Source of the DNA: an uncultured delta proteobacterium
GTDB taxonomy: Bacteria; Myxococcota_A; UBA9160; UBA4427
Direction: 5' to 3'
Length of the DNA: 64,000 nucleotides
Assembly (NCBI GenBank): GCA_963822965.1
Contig: CAWGJT010000014.1
Location: 128,001 to 192,000 of the forward strand
Part shown: piece after piece, positions 44,585-55,757 of the stretch
Layout: every line of letters begins with the position of its first letter
Numbering within the stretch: position 1 is the stretch's first letter
The notes under the pieces: model-generated
The model's input: only the letters and a program-made list of their open reading frames with translations
Told to the model about the DNA's origin: nothing
Database searches by the model: none
Position numbers and translations under genes: made by a program

Positions 44585-45808
44585 ATGGAGATCCTGTACG
44601 TCCTGCTCGTCCTGCTGATCGCCACACGCTTGCTAGGGGAGATCGCCGTCCGCCTCGGACAGCCGGCTCTGGTGGGCGAGCTTCTCGCGGGGGTGCTGAT
44701 CGGCCTCGCCGTCGCCGAGGAGAGTCGCCGCCTCCCGGTGCTGGCGGGCCTGCCGGAGAGCGCCGTCTTCAACGCCATCACCGATCTCGGGATCTTCTTC
44801 CTGATGCTGATGGCGGGGCTCGAGCTGAAGCCCTCCAAGCTGGCCCAGGCTTCCGGCTCGGCGGTGATGGTGGCGGTGGGCGGGCTGATCCTGCCGCTGG
44901 CGATGGGCACCGGCCTGGGCCTGGCGATCCTGCCCGAGAGCGAGATGCGGACGGCCCAGAGCCTCTTCCTGGGCGTCGCCCTCTCCATCACGGCGGTTCC
45001 CGTCTCGGTGGGCGTGCTGCTCTCGCTCGGCCGGCTCGATACGGCCATGGGACGCCTGATCGTGTCGGCAGCCATCTTCGACGACGTGCTGAGCCTCGTG
45101 CTCCTCGCGTTTCTCACCGCCGTGCTCCGGACCGGGAGCATCCCGGACGTGACCTCGCTGCTGTGGCTCGTGGGCCAGATCGGCCTCTTCTTCGCCGTGG
45201 TGGTGCCTGCGGGCCGTTACGCGCTGCCGTGGCTCGGGCGGCGGATCGTCCACTTCCGGGAGCCGGAGTTCGAGCTCTCGTTCCTCGTGCTCGCCGGTCT
45301 GGCGTTCGCCGTGTTTGCCGAGGCCCTCTCGATGCACTTCCTGATCGGCGCCTTCCTGGCCGGGCTCTTCTTCGTGCACCGAACCATCGGGCAGCCAACC
45401 TACGAAGACGTGTTCAACAAGGTGAGCGGTCTCACGCACGGCTTCTTCGCACCCGTCTTCTTCGCGTCCATCGGCCTCCATCTCGACGGCAGCGCGTTGC
45501 GCGAGGCCCCCGGCTTCGTGGTCGCGTTGCTGGCGATCGCGACCCTGGGGAAGGTCGTGGGGGCCGGGCTGCCCGCACGGCTCGCGGGGCTCTCCGGACG
45601 AGACGCGTTGGCGGTGGGCATGGGCATGAACGCCCGCGGCGCGGTGGAGCTCATCGTGGCCGATGTGGCCCTCCGCGCGGGCCTCTTCTCGTCCCCCGAT
45701 CCTCCTCCCGCGCTGGTCACCTCCATGTACTCCGCGGTGGTCGTCACCGCCGTGGTGACGACCCTCGGCACGCCGCTCGCGCTTCGCTGGCTGTACCGTC
45801 GGGAGTGA
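44585..45808 (+). CDS. Cation:proton antiporter (CPA2/Kef-type)
   Basis: Motifs GQPALVGELLAG, ALSITAV, AIFDD, FFASIG and GMNARG. Confidence 0.9.
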   Translation: MEILYVLLVLLIATRLLGEIAVRLGQPALVGELLAGVLIGLAVAEESRRLPVLAGLPESAVFNAITDLGIFFLMLMAGLELKPSKLAQASGSAVMVAVGGLILPLAMGTGLGLAILPESEMRTAQSLFLGVALSITAVPVSVGVLLSLGRLDTAMGRLIVSAAIFDDVLSLVLLAFLTAVLRTGSIPDVTSLLWLVGQIGLFFAVVVPAGRYALPWLGRRIVHFREPEFELSFLVLAGLAFAVFAEALSMHFLIGAFLAGLFFVHRTIGQPTYEDVFNKVSGLTHGFFAPVFFASIGLHLDGSALREAPGFVVALLAIATLGKVVGAGLPARLAGLSGRDALAVGMGMNARGAVELIVADVALRAGLFSSPDPPPALVTSMYSAVVVTAVVTTLGTPLALRWLYRRE

Positions 45809-45904
45809 AGTGAAGCCATGCTCCCCGCGCTTTCTACAAAGTGCGCTCGACGGCCGGCCGGAGCCTGGTGCACACTTGCGGGACCCGACCCGGAGGAGAC
45901 CGCC

Positions 45905-46759
45905 GTGCCCGCCGCCATCCCGCGCCACGACGCCAGCGAGACGCCCGAGACCATCGCCGGCACCCTCGAGACCGCCGGTGCGGTGATCGTCGAGAACCTC
46001 CTCGACCCGGCGCTGCTCGCGCGTCTGAACGCGGAGATCGATCCGCTGCTCGAGGAAGCGCGTCCCGACCGTCCCTTCCTCAACCCGGTGATCGAGTGGT
46101 TCTTCGGCAAGCAAACCCGCCACGTGACGGCGGTGGCCGCCCGCTCGCGGACCTTCTCGCACGAGATCCTGCCCCATCCGGTCTACATGGCGATCTGCGA
46201 CCGCATCCTGGGACCGGCCTGCTCGAGCTACCAGCTCAACATCGCGCACATCATGGACCGCGGTCCCGGTGCCGAGCAACAGCTGCTGCACCGCGACGAG
46301 GACGTGTGGCCGCACCTGCCGCGGCCGCATCCCGAGATCCAGCTCGCCTCGGTGATCGCCCTGGTGGACTTCCGTGCGGACATCGGCGCCACCCGGGTGG
46401 TGCCGGGGAGCCACCGCTGGCCGCGCGAGCGCGAGCCCCGGCCCGAGGAGATCGCCGTCGCCGAGATGAAGGCCGGCTCGGCGGTGGTCTACCTGGGCTC
46501 GGCGATCCACGCGGGCGGTGCCAACGTGAGCCGGGGAGAGTTCCGGCGCGGTATGCACGTCTCGTACACCGTCGGGTGGCTGCGGACCGAGGAGAACCAG
46601 TACCTGAGCGTGCCGATCGAGGAGGTGCGGGCCATGCCCCGGCGCTCCCAGGAGCTGCTGGGCTACGCGGCGCACGACGCCATCGCCGCCGGCGGCGGCT
46701 ACCTGGGCACGGTGGACCTGGTCTCGCCGGTGGACCTGATCGCCGACGGACGGCTCTGA
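45905..46759 (+). CDS. Phytanoyl-CoA dioxygenase (PhyH) family Fe/2OG enzyme
   Basis: HRD triad start, GATRVVPGSH, HAGG and WLRTEEN. GTG start after GGAGGAG. Confidence 0.9.
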   Translation: MPAAIPRHDASETPETIAGTLETAGAVIVENLLDPALLARLNAEIDPLLEEARPDRPFLNPVIEWFFGKQTRHVTAVAARSRTFSHEILPHPVYMAICDRILGPACSSYQLNIAHIMDRGPGAEQQLLHRDEDVWPHLPRPHPEIQLASVIALVDFRADIGATRVVPGSHRWPREREPRPEEIAVAEMKAGSAVVYLGSAIHAGGANVSRGEFRRGMHVSYTVGWLRTEENQYLSVPIEEVRAMPRRSQELLGYAAHDAIAAGGGYLGTVDLVSPVDLIADGRL

Positions 46760-46886
46760 CGCGCGCGCCCCCCAGCGGGGACTTGCCGTTCCGGTCCGCG
46801 GCCGGCAGCCTTGGGACCCGGCGCCCGAAGGCACGCTCGGAAACCCAACCGCAGGACGGAAACGGGAGAGAGGGGAGAAGCGAGGG

Positions 46887-47192
46887 ATGGCGAACGAGGG
46901 CTACCACGAGGAGATCGAAGATCTCTCGGACGAGACGCGCGACATGCACCGCGCCATCACGTCGCTGATGGAGGAGCTCGAAGCGGTGGACTGGTACAAC
47001 CAGCGCGCGGACGCATGCAAGGACGACGCGCTCCGGGCCATCCTGATCCACAACCGCGACGAGGAGAAGGAGCACGCCTCGATGGTGCTGGAGTGGATCC
47101 GCCGCCGGGACGCCACCTTCTCCAAGGAGCTCAAGGACTATCTCTTCACCGAGAAGCCCATCGCGAAGCTCGAGTCCGAGCAGCGCGACTGA
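46887..47192 (+). CDS. Encapsulin-associated ferritin-like protein (EncFtn/Flp)
   Basis: RDMHRAITSLMEELEAVDWYNQR...HNRDEEKEHA..LEWIRR. Confidence 0.92.
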   Translation: MANEGYHEEIEDLSDETRDMHRAITSLMEELEAVDWYNQRADACKDDALRAILIHNRDEEKEHASMVLEWIRRRDATFSKELKDYLFTEKPIAKLESEQRD

Positions 47193-47262
47193 GCCCCGGC
47201 CGGCGGGCCGCGCGGCTCGCGGGATGGCCGCCCACGCGGCCGACGCGCTTCGGGAGGGCCGG

Positions 47263-48977
47263 GTGCACGATCTGGTGATCCGGAACGGCACGGTGGTGGA
47301 TGGCACGGGCCGCGCCGCCTTCCCGGCCGACGTCGCGGTGGACGGCGACCGGATCGTGGCGGTGGGCGTCGTTCCGGGCTCGGCGTGGCGCACCGTCGAC
47401 GCCGACGGCTGCCTGGTGACGCCGGGCTTCATCGACCCCCACACGCACCTGGACGCCCAGCTCTTCTGGGATCCGTTGGCGAGCCCGTGCTGCTGGCACG
47501 GCATCACCACCGTGGTGGTGGGCAACTGCAGCGTCACCTTCGCACCGGTGCGTGCCGGCGACGAGGAGCGGCTGGCACGCACCCTCGAGTCCGTGGAGCA
47601 GATTCCGGCCGAGAGCATCCTGGCGGGCGTGCCGTTCGGCTGGCGGGACTACGGGGGCTATCTCGACGCCCTGGCCGCGCGTCCCCTGGGCGTGAACGCC
47701 GCCGGGCTGGTGGGCCACGCGGCCCTGCGCCAGCACGCCATGGGGGCCGCATCCGTGGAGGAGGGGCGCGCGCCCGACCCGCGCCAGCTCGCCGAGCTGT
47801 GCGGCCAGCTGGGCGCGGCCCTTTCGGCCGGTGCGCTGGGCGTCTCGACGTCGCGGACGGCCAGCCATCCCACGCCCGAGGGCCTTCCGATTCCGGGCTC
47901 GTTCGCGCCGGACGACGAGCTCTTCGCGATGGCGGCCGTGCTGCGCGAGCAGGGCCGGGGCGTGGTGCAGTGGGTGGCGGGCTTCGGCGAGCGCGACCAG
48001 CGGGCCGGACTATCCGGGGGCCCGGGCCGAGGTGCGCCGCATGGCGGAGACCAGCCGGCGCTCCGGCGGGCGGCTCGTCTTCAGCATGTTCACCCACGAG
48101 CTGGTGCCGACCCTGCATCGCATCGTGCTCGCCGAGGCGGATCGCGAACGCGCCGCCGGCGCCGCCATCCATCCCATGTTCAACCCCCGCAGCGTGCTCT
48201 CCTTCGTCGGCCTGTCGAACCGCTCGCCGATGCGCGCGGGCCCGTGGAAGGCGCTGTACGAGCGGCCCGCCCGCGAGCGCCTCGCCGCCCTCGAGGACGA
48301 GGCGGTGCGGCGCGCGCTCTGCGACGTTCGCGCCGAGGCGCAGGAGCCGCCGGCGGGAAGCTCGCTGCACCTGTTCGGCCCCGAGCGGTGCGAGTACGAG
48401 CTGCGGCCCGAGCGGCGCCTCGACGCGGTGGCGCGGAGCCGCGGCGAGCGGCCCGCGGAGACGATCGTCGCTCGCTTCCGCGAGACGCGCGGGCGCCAGA
48501 TCTTCGTGTCGGCGGGCTCGAACCAGCGGGCGGACGCGATCGAGGAGGTGTTCTTCCATCCCGGCATGCTCGTGGGCCTGGGGGACGCGGGCGCCCACGT
48601 GACCGGCATCTGCGACGCGAGCATGACCACCCACGTGCTGGCGCCACTGGGCTCGCGACCGCGGGGCGCTGCCCGTCGAGGAAGCGGTCCGGCGGCTCAC
48701 CTCGGAGCCGGCGGCGGTTTTCGGCATTCCGGACCGCGGCCGGCTCGCGCCCGGCGCTCGGGCGGACCTCAACGTGATCGATCTGGCGGCCCTCGAGCCG
48801 GAGCTTCCCGAGTTCGTCTTCGACCTGCCCGCGGGCGCCGGGCGCTGGACCCAGGGGGCCCGGGGCTACCGCCTCACCGTCGTGAACGGCCTCGTGGCCG
48901 TGGAAGACGGGCGACACACGGGGCGTCTCGGGGGGCGGGTGCTGCGGGGCGGATCCGGGAGCGGAGTGTCCGGCTAA
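47263..48977 (+). CDS. N-acyl-D-amino-acid deacylase family amidohydrolase; frameshifts near 48000 and 48645
   Basis: DLVIRNGTVVDGTG, PGFIDPHTH and GNCS, then DAGAHV and DLPAGAGRW in other frames. Confidence 0.83.
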
Positions 48978-49009
48978 GGACCGCCTCCCGGTCTGCCGAT
49001 CCCGGGTCG

Positions 49010-49576
49010 ATGACGGGCTCCCGCGTGATGCTTCTCCTGCCGCTCCTTCTCGCGGTCGCGTCTCCGGCCATGGCCCAGTGGCGCGAGAACGGCAAGGTCG
49101 TCGAAGACGACCTGTGGCGGCGCTCCGACGGTGACTTCGGTGGCATGCTCCTGCTGACCGACCAGCCGGACGGGTTCATCGAGCAATGGAACCGGCCCGC
49201 CGCGCCGGACTATCAGCCGAGCATCCAGACGGTCTCGGACGCCTCCCACGGCGACGTCGTCGCGGCGATGATCCTGTTCTCGCGCTGCGGGGCCGACTTC
49301 GCCGGGGAGTGCCGCGTCGTGGCCGACTTCCGGGTCGTCCGGCCCGACGGAGGGCTCTACGCGGAGCACGAAGGTGCGCCCGTCTGGAAGGCCGCCGCGC
49401 CGGACGGGACCGCGCTCCAGCTCTCCGAGACGCACCTCGCGTTCCGGATCGAGCCCGAGGATCCGGATGGCGTCTACGAGATCCACGCGACGGTGCGGGA
49501 TCTCGTGTCGAGCCGGGTGGTCCACCTCGTGCAGCGGCTCCGGGTACTGCCGGGCCCCGCGAAGCCGGCCCGCTAG
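49010..49576 (+). CDS. Secreted hypothetical protein (beta-rich)
   Basis: Signal peptide LLLPLLLAVASPAMA|Q; coding-like composition; a Cys pair. Confidence 0.7.
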   Translation: MTGSRVMLLLPLLLAVASPAMAQWRENGKVVEDDLWRRSDGDFGGMLLLTDQPDGFIEQWNRPAAPDYQPSIQTVSDASHGDVVAAMILFSRCGADFAGECRVVADFRVVRPDGGLYAEHEGAPVWKAAAPDGTALQLSETHLAFRIEPEDPDGVYEIHATVRDLVSSRVVHLVQRLRVLPGPAKPAR

Positions 49577-51024
49577 CAGGCCGATCCAGGCGGGGTCGAC
49601 TGCGCCGCCCGCGCCAGAGCGCCAGCAGGCTCACGACGGCGGTCACCGCCAGCCGGTCGGCCCCGGGCTCGGGAACCCGGAACACCTCCCCGCCGAACAG
49701 GTCGAGCACGTAGAGGTTGCCGGCGTCGTCCTCGCCGAACGACGAGATCGATCGCGATGGTGCCCACGTCCGGCGCGAAGGCCGGATCGTCCCCGAGGTC
49801 CACGAGGTCGCGTGTAGTTGGTGCCGTCGAACGTGCTCGGGTCCGAGCCGTCCCAGGCGAGCGACCAGAGCCGGCCGGTGCCGTAGTCGCGCGAAGAAGT
49901 AGCGGCCGGCGAGCGCCGGGACCGGGCCGCGGTAGACGTAGCCGCCCGGTGACCGCGATGCCGAGGAAGGGGCTGCCGCTGCCGGAGAAGCGGCACGTCT
50001 GGCTGCTCGGAGTGGGGGTAGTCGAAGATCGGGTCGATCGCGCCGGCGGGCGCCGCGCCGCCGACCCCGCCCGAGGGCGTCGCGATCGTGCCCTCGCGCA
50101 GCCGCCAGCCGTAGTTCTCGCCGCCGGCGCTCGCCGCGGGCTGGACGTCCACCTCCTCGCAGGTGCCCTGGCCCACGTCGCCGATGTAGAGGTCGCCGGT
50201 CGCGCGGTCGAAGCTGGCGCGGTACGGGTTGCGCAGCCCGTAGGCCCAGATCTCGTCGTCGCCGGTGACGCCGACGAAGGGGTTGTCGGGGGGAATCGCG
50301 TAGTTGCGCTGGGCGTCGGCGGGGAAGTCGTCCGCCGGAGACGTCGATCCGCAGGATCTTGCCCAGCAGGTTGGCGGTGAGTGTCCTGGGCGTTGCCGGT
50401 GCCGGTGGTGTGGCCGGGGTCCGCTGTCGTTTGCCGTTGCCGCCGTCGCCGGTGGCCACGTAGAGGAAGCCGTCGTCGGGCCCGAAGGCGATCCAGCCGG
50501 CGTTGTGGTTGGCCTGGGGCTGGTCGATTCCCAGCACGGGCGTGGCGCTGGCCGCGTCGGCCAGGTTCGGGTCGGCGGCGGAGACCTGGTAGCGCACGAT
50601 GCGCGTGTCGCCGTTCGCGTCGGTGTAGTCGACGTAGAAGAAGCCGTTCGTCGGCGTAGTCCGGGTCGAAGGCCAGGCCGAGCAGGCCCTGCTCGTTGCC
50701 GGTGGCGACGTCCGGGACCGTGAGGAAGGGGGGCTCGAGAGCAGCGTGCGGTCGGAGAGGCGCAGGATGCGGACGTTGCCCGTGTACTGCTCGATCACGA
50801 AGACGCGCGCGCCGTCCCCGGGCGGGGCGGTCAGGAAGACGGGTCGTGCGAGCCCGGTGGCGACCCGCTCCACCGCGAAGCCCTGGGCGAACGCCGGGCT
50901 CGCGCAGGAGGGGCACAGGCGGCGAGGGACGTGCCAGCGAGGCGGCGAAGAGGCGTGCCAGCGAGGCGGCGAAGAGGCGTGCCAGCGAGGCGGCGAAGAG
51001 GCGTGCCAGCAGGGTGCGTGTCAT
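49573..51024 (-). CDS. PQQ-dependent sugar dehydrogenase-like (GSDH) beta-propeller with a PEP-CTERM-like tail; many frameshifts
   Basis: Fragments EQGLLGLAFDP, NHNAGWIAFGPD..LYVATGDGG, LLGKILRIDV, NYGWR and SSFGED, then VPEPG + hydrophobic + basic residues. Confidence 0.8.
   Translation of the reverse strand: MTRTLLARLFAASLARLFAASLARLFAASLARPSPPVPLLREPGVRPGLRGGAGRHRARTTRLPDRPARGRRARLRDRAVHGQRPHPAPLRPHAALEPPFLTVPDVATGNEQGLLGLAFDPDYADERLLLRRLHRRERRHAHRALPGLRRRPEPGRRGQRHARAGNRPAPGQPQRRLDRLRARRRLPLRGHRRRRQRQTTADPGHTTGTGNAQDTHRQPAGQDPADRRLRRTTSPPTPSATTRFPPTTPSSASPATTRSGPTGCATRTAPASTARPATSTSATWARAPARRWTSSPRRAPAARTTAGGCARARSRRPRAGSAARRPPARSTRSSTTPTPSSQTCRFSGSGSPFLGIAVTGRLRLPRPGPGARRPLLLRATTAPAGSGRSPGTARTRARSTAPTTRDLVDLGDDPAFAPDVGTIAIDLVVRRGRRRQPLRARPVRRGGVPGSRARGRPAGGDRRREPAGALARAAQSTPPGSAC
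50931..51010 (-). repeat. Perfect 24-nt tandem repeat x3.3 (LARLFAAS) in the GSDH signal region
   Basis: GTGCCAGCGAGGCGGCGAAGAGGC at 50931, 50955 and 50979; partial copy at 51003. Confidence 0.92.
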
Positions 51025-51093
51025 GGGGGGCCTCCGTCTCGCGCCGCGCCGGCGGGACGCGGAGCCTCGAGGGTAGCCGCCCGCGGCGACGGA

Positions 51094-52177
51094 TCAGGAG
51101 TCCTCCGCGTCCACCGCCACCCGCTCGCCCGGCGCGCAGGCCGCTCAGCATCTCGACCCAGCCCGCCTCGGCCGGCTCGCCCACGGTGACGAGCCGGCGC
51201 TCGAGGCCACCGGCCTCGCTCACCACCTCGACGAAGCGCAGCTGTCCCACGCTCGAGACGGCGGCGGCCGGCGCCAGGACGCGGCGGCGAGTCTCGGCGG
51301 GAATCGCCACCCGCGCGAACATGCCGGCGATCAGGCGCTCGTCGCTGCGCGTCGATGCGCACCTTGACGAGCAGCGCGCGGGCGCCGGGCTCCGCGAAGG
51401 GCACGAGCTCGTCGACCTCGCCCTCGAGGGTGCGGCCGAGCGCAGGGATCTCGATGCGCAGCGACTCGCCGACCGTGAGATGGACGGCGAGGGACTCGCG
51501 CACCGGCACCTCCACGCGCAGCAGCCCCGGGTCGTAGATGCGCAGCAGCGGCTTGCCGGGCATCGCGGTGTCGCCGGGCTCGGCGAGGCGATCGATCACG
51601 CGACCCGAGACCGGCGCCAGGATCTGGGCGTACGAGAGGCCGTGCGCGCCTGGTCCAGGTTGCTCGCGAGCGCCTCCACGGCGGCGCCTGCGCTGCGCAG
51701 CCCGGCGCGAGCCTGGTCGATCTGCTGCTGGGTGGCGACGCCGCGGCCGAAGAGCTCGGTGGCCCGGGCCGATTCCTGGCGCGCCAGCTCGAGCCGCGCG
51801 CGGGCGCCGCGCAGCGCCTCCTCCGCCTCGCCGACGCGCGCCTTCAGGTCGCGTGCGTCGAGCACGGCCAGCACGTCGCCCCGGGAGACGATCGAGCCGG
51901 CCCGCACGCGCATCTCCTCGATGCGCGCGAGCACCCGCGAGGAGACCGCGGTCTCCCGCGCCGAGGCCAACCCCCCGGACGTCCACTCGATGCTCGGCTC
52001 GCGGATCTCGCGCACGGTCTCCACCGTGGCGTCCGCCGGCAGCGGCGCCTCGCGGACGGCCACGTCGCCTCCGCCCGGGATGCGGTCCTCGCAGCCCCCG
52101 GACAGCCACACCACGGCGAGCGCGAGCACACCGAGCCCGAGCATCGCCTCCAGAATGCGCCGGATCTGCGGCTTCAT
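51094..52177 (-). CDS. RND efflux periplasmic adaptor subunit; several frameshifts
   Basis: VSSRVLARIEE...GSIVSRGDVLAVLD, ILAPVSG..AEPGD and WVEMLSGL...GERV, in different frames. Confidence 0.82.
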
Positions 52178-55100
52178 TCCACCTCCCTCTGCGTCTTCGG
52201 GAGCCCGTGTCCCGGGCGGTCGTGGTAGACGCGGTAGTAGGCGACCGGCACCACCACCAGGGTGAAGGCCGTGGACACGAAGAGCCCGAAGATGAGCGAC
52301 CAGGCCAGCCCCGAGAAGATGGGGTCGAGGGCGATCGGGACTGCGGCGAGCATGGCGGTTCCGGCGGTGAGCAGGATCGGCCGGATGCGCACCGTCCCCG
52401 CCTCGATGGTCGCCTCCTCGAGGCTCATCCCCCGCTGCAGCCCGACGTGCAGGAACTCGATCAGCAGGATCGCGTTGCGGACGGCGATGCCCGCCAGCGC
52501 GATCATGCCGATCATGGCCGTCGCCGTGAAGAAGACCGGGTTCGCGTAGCCCCCCACGTCGTCCGCGCCGAACAGCGAGAGCAGCCAGAAGCCGGGCATG
52601 ATGCCGATCATCGTGAGCGGGATCGAGATCATCAGCACCCAGGGCATCGCGTAGCTGCGGGTCTGGTAGACGAGCAGCAGGTAGATGCCGAGGAGCGCGA
52701 TCCCGAACGCGATGCCGAGGTCGCGGAAGACGTCCACCGTGATGTCGATCTCTCCCTCACCGAGCCAGGACACCCGGGTGCCCTCGGGCAGGGACCAGGG
52801 GATGCCGCCCCCGTTCGACAGGAAGGTGCGGCGTCCCAGGGGCCGGGGCTCCCGGGGCGCGGCGATCGGCGGGCGGGGTGTCCGCTTCCACGCGATCCGC
52901 CTCGACGTCCGCGGCCACCTCGGCCGGCGAGCGGCCCACCGGCTCGGCGGTCACGTAGGCGACCGGCAGCAGGTCCTTGTGAAGGATCGCCTTCTCGGCG
53001 TCGGTCTTCTCGAAAGTGCCGAGCTCGCCGAGCCGAACCGTCGGCACCGGGGCGTCCCGGACGCCGCCGGAGTCGCGCTCCTTCACGATTCCCGGCCGCC
53101 CCCGTACCGCCAGCGCGCGCAGCGGCGCGCGTCCCGAGCGCTCGGCGCGCGGCAGCCGCAGCTCGATGGGCAGCGGGTTCGCCTCGCCCGGCACGTGGAG
53201 CGTGCCCGCGCGGCTGCCCTCCAGCGCGAGCTGTACGGTGAGGGCCACGTCCTGGACGGCCACGCCGGAGCGCGCCGCCTTCTCCTGGTCGGTCACGAAG
53301 ACGAGCCTCGTGGAGTCGTCCTCCACCGTGGAGTCCACGTCCTCCACCCCGGGCTCCTGCGCCAGCCGCGCCTCGATTCGCCGCGCCGCGTCGCGAAGCC
53401 TCTGGTAGGGAACGTCCGGCGCGCCGCGAACCTCGGCGACCAGGGTGGCCAGCACCGGCGGTCCCGGCGGCACCTCGACGACGGCGATGCGCACCCCCTC
53501 GTCGGCCGCGATCGCCTGGAGGCGGCTCCGCAGGCGCAGGGCGAGCTCGTGCGACTGCATCTCGCGCTCGCGTTTCGGGACGAGGTTGATGCGCAGGTCC
53601 GCCACGTGCGGTCCCCGCCGCCGCGCGTAGCCCCGCACCAGACCGTTGAAGTCCATGGGCGACGGCAGACCGACGTACATCTCGAGGTCGCGCACCTCGG
53701 GCGCCGCGAGCACCGCCTCCGCGAGGCGCCGGCTCACCGCCTCGGTGCGCTCGAGGGTGGTGCCCTCGGGCGCGTCCACCAGCAGCTGCAGCTCGTTCTT
53801 GTTGTCGAAGGGCAGCATCTTGAGGGGGACGGCGCGCAGCGCCACCAGGCCGATCGCCGCCAGGAAGAGCGCCGCCGTCACGAGGAAGAGGACGCGCGCG
53901 GCGCCGGCCCGGGCGAGGAAGGGCGCGAGCAGCGAGGCGTAGAAGCGGCGCAGCCCCGGCGGCGAGCCGTCCGACTCGGGCGCTTCGCCCGCCGCGGCCG
54001 CGTGCCGACGCAGGGCGTGGTACGCGAGCCAGGGCGTGATCGTGAAGGCGACCACCATCGACATGGTCATGGCCACCGGCACGTTGAGCGCCATGGGACG
54101 CATGTAGGGCCCCATCATTCCCGTGATGAAGTACATCGGCAGGAAGGAGACGATGACGGCCAGGGTCGCGAGCAGGATCGGCGGGCGCACCTCGTTGACG
54201 GCCGTGCGGACCGCTTCCAGGGGCGGCTCCTGCCGCATGCGCAGGTGCCGGTAGACGTTCTCGACGTCGACGATGGGATCGTCCACCACGAGCCCGAGCG
54301 CCAGGATCAGCGCGAAGAGCGTGACCCGGTTGATGGTGTAGCCGGCGACGTGGTTCAGCAGCAAGGTGAGCGCGAACGTCACCGGCACCGCCACGGCCAC
54401 CACCAGGCCCTCGCGCCAGCCCAGGGTGTACGCGATCAGTGCGATCACGATCAGGACGGCGACGGCCAGCGCCTCCAGCAGCTCGTTCACCTTGTCGTTG
54501 GCCGTCTCGCCCTGGTTGCGGGTGATGCGCACGTGGACGCCCTCGGGCAGCAGCACCGGGGCCAGGGCTTCGACGCGCTCGATCACCCGCTCGGCAACGT
54601 CCACGGCGTTGGTGCCGTGCTGCTTGGCGACGCTCACGTGGACGGCGGGCAGGAAGGACGGCGGCTCGTGGTCGCCGGGCTCGGCGGGGCCGAACGCGAT
54701 CCAGGTGTAGCTCTGGTTCTCGGCCGGCCCGTCCATCACCCGGGCCACGTCGGTGAGGAAGACCGGAATGCCGTCGACCACGTTCACCACGGATCGCTCG
54801 AGCGCGGGCACGTCGGCGAAGAAGTCGCCGGCGTCCACCACGCTGAAGGCGTCGGCGTGGTCGAAGCCGCCGGCGGGTGCGCGCAGGTTGGAGACCTCGA
54901 GGGCCCAGGCCACGTCGAGCGCCGACGTCTGCCGCGCCGCCAGGGCGTCCGGCTCGATCTCGACCCGCACCGTCCGCGGTCGACCGCCCACGATCTCGAC
55001 GCGGTTGGTCTCCGTCACCGCCTGCAGCTCGATCTCGAGCTCCTCCGCGATGCGGCGCAGGCCGTAGTCGTCGACGCGCTCGGGATCGTCGCTCCACAGG

Positions 55101-55567
55101 GTGACGATGAGGATCGGCACGTCGTCGATCTCGACGGGCTTGACCACCCAGCTGCGAACCGCCGCGGGAATCTGGTCGACGCCCGAGAGCAGCTTGTTGT
55201 AGAGCTCGAGGAGGCTGTCCTCCCGGTCCTCGCCCACGTAGAAGCGGACCGTCACCACCGCCTGGTTCGGCAGCGAGGTGGAGTAGACGTGTTCGACCCC
55301 CGGGATGCGGGCGAGGAGCTTCTCGACGCGGGAGGCGACGTGACGCTCCACCTCCTCGGCGGGAAGCCCGGGAGCGTGCACGTAGACGTCGGCCATGGGG
55401 ACGACGATCTGGGGCTCCTCCTCGCGAGGCGTCGCCATCAACGCGAAGGCGCCGAGAGCCAGGGACACGGCGATGAGCAGCGGGGCCAGGGAGCCCTGCA
55501 GGAAGACGTCGATGATGCGGGAGAGGACGCCCGGGGAACGGTCTCCGGACGGTTCGCTCGCGCTCAT
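52174..55567 (-). CDS. AcrB/AcrD/AcrF family RND permease; frameshift at ~52770-52850
   Basis: TPREEEPQIVVP, GLVVDDPIV and KMLPFDNK, then AVRNAILL and RIRPILLT in the C-terminal ORF 52174-52773. Confidence 0.88.
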
Positions 55568-55757
55568 CGTCGGGTCCACCCGCCGCCCGCCGTCGGGCGC
55601 GCCGCGGCGGCTTGGATCCCAGGCGAGGCAGAAGAGGACATCGATGCGGAATCCTGTCGCTGGAGGTGGCGTCCGGCGGATGGATCCGGACGAGGGTGCA
55701 AGTCGTGTGCCCGGCGGGCCCGTGCGGCTCGCGAGCCGTTCGCGTTAAGGTGCTGGC

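Noticed and set aside
46760..46886. Possible riboswitch upstream of the ferritin gene (CCGAAGG, GGAAAC loops)
   Set aside because: I could not build a complete glycine, c-di-GMP or other known aptamer from it.
52174..52773. Separate 199-aa membrane protein
   Set aside because: It is the frameshifted C-terminus of the RND permease.
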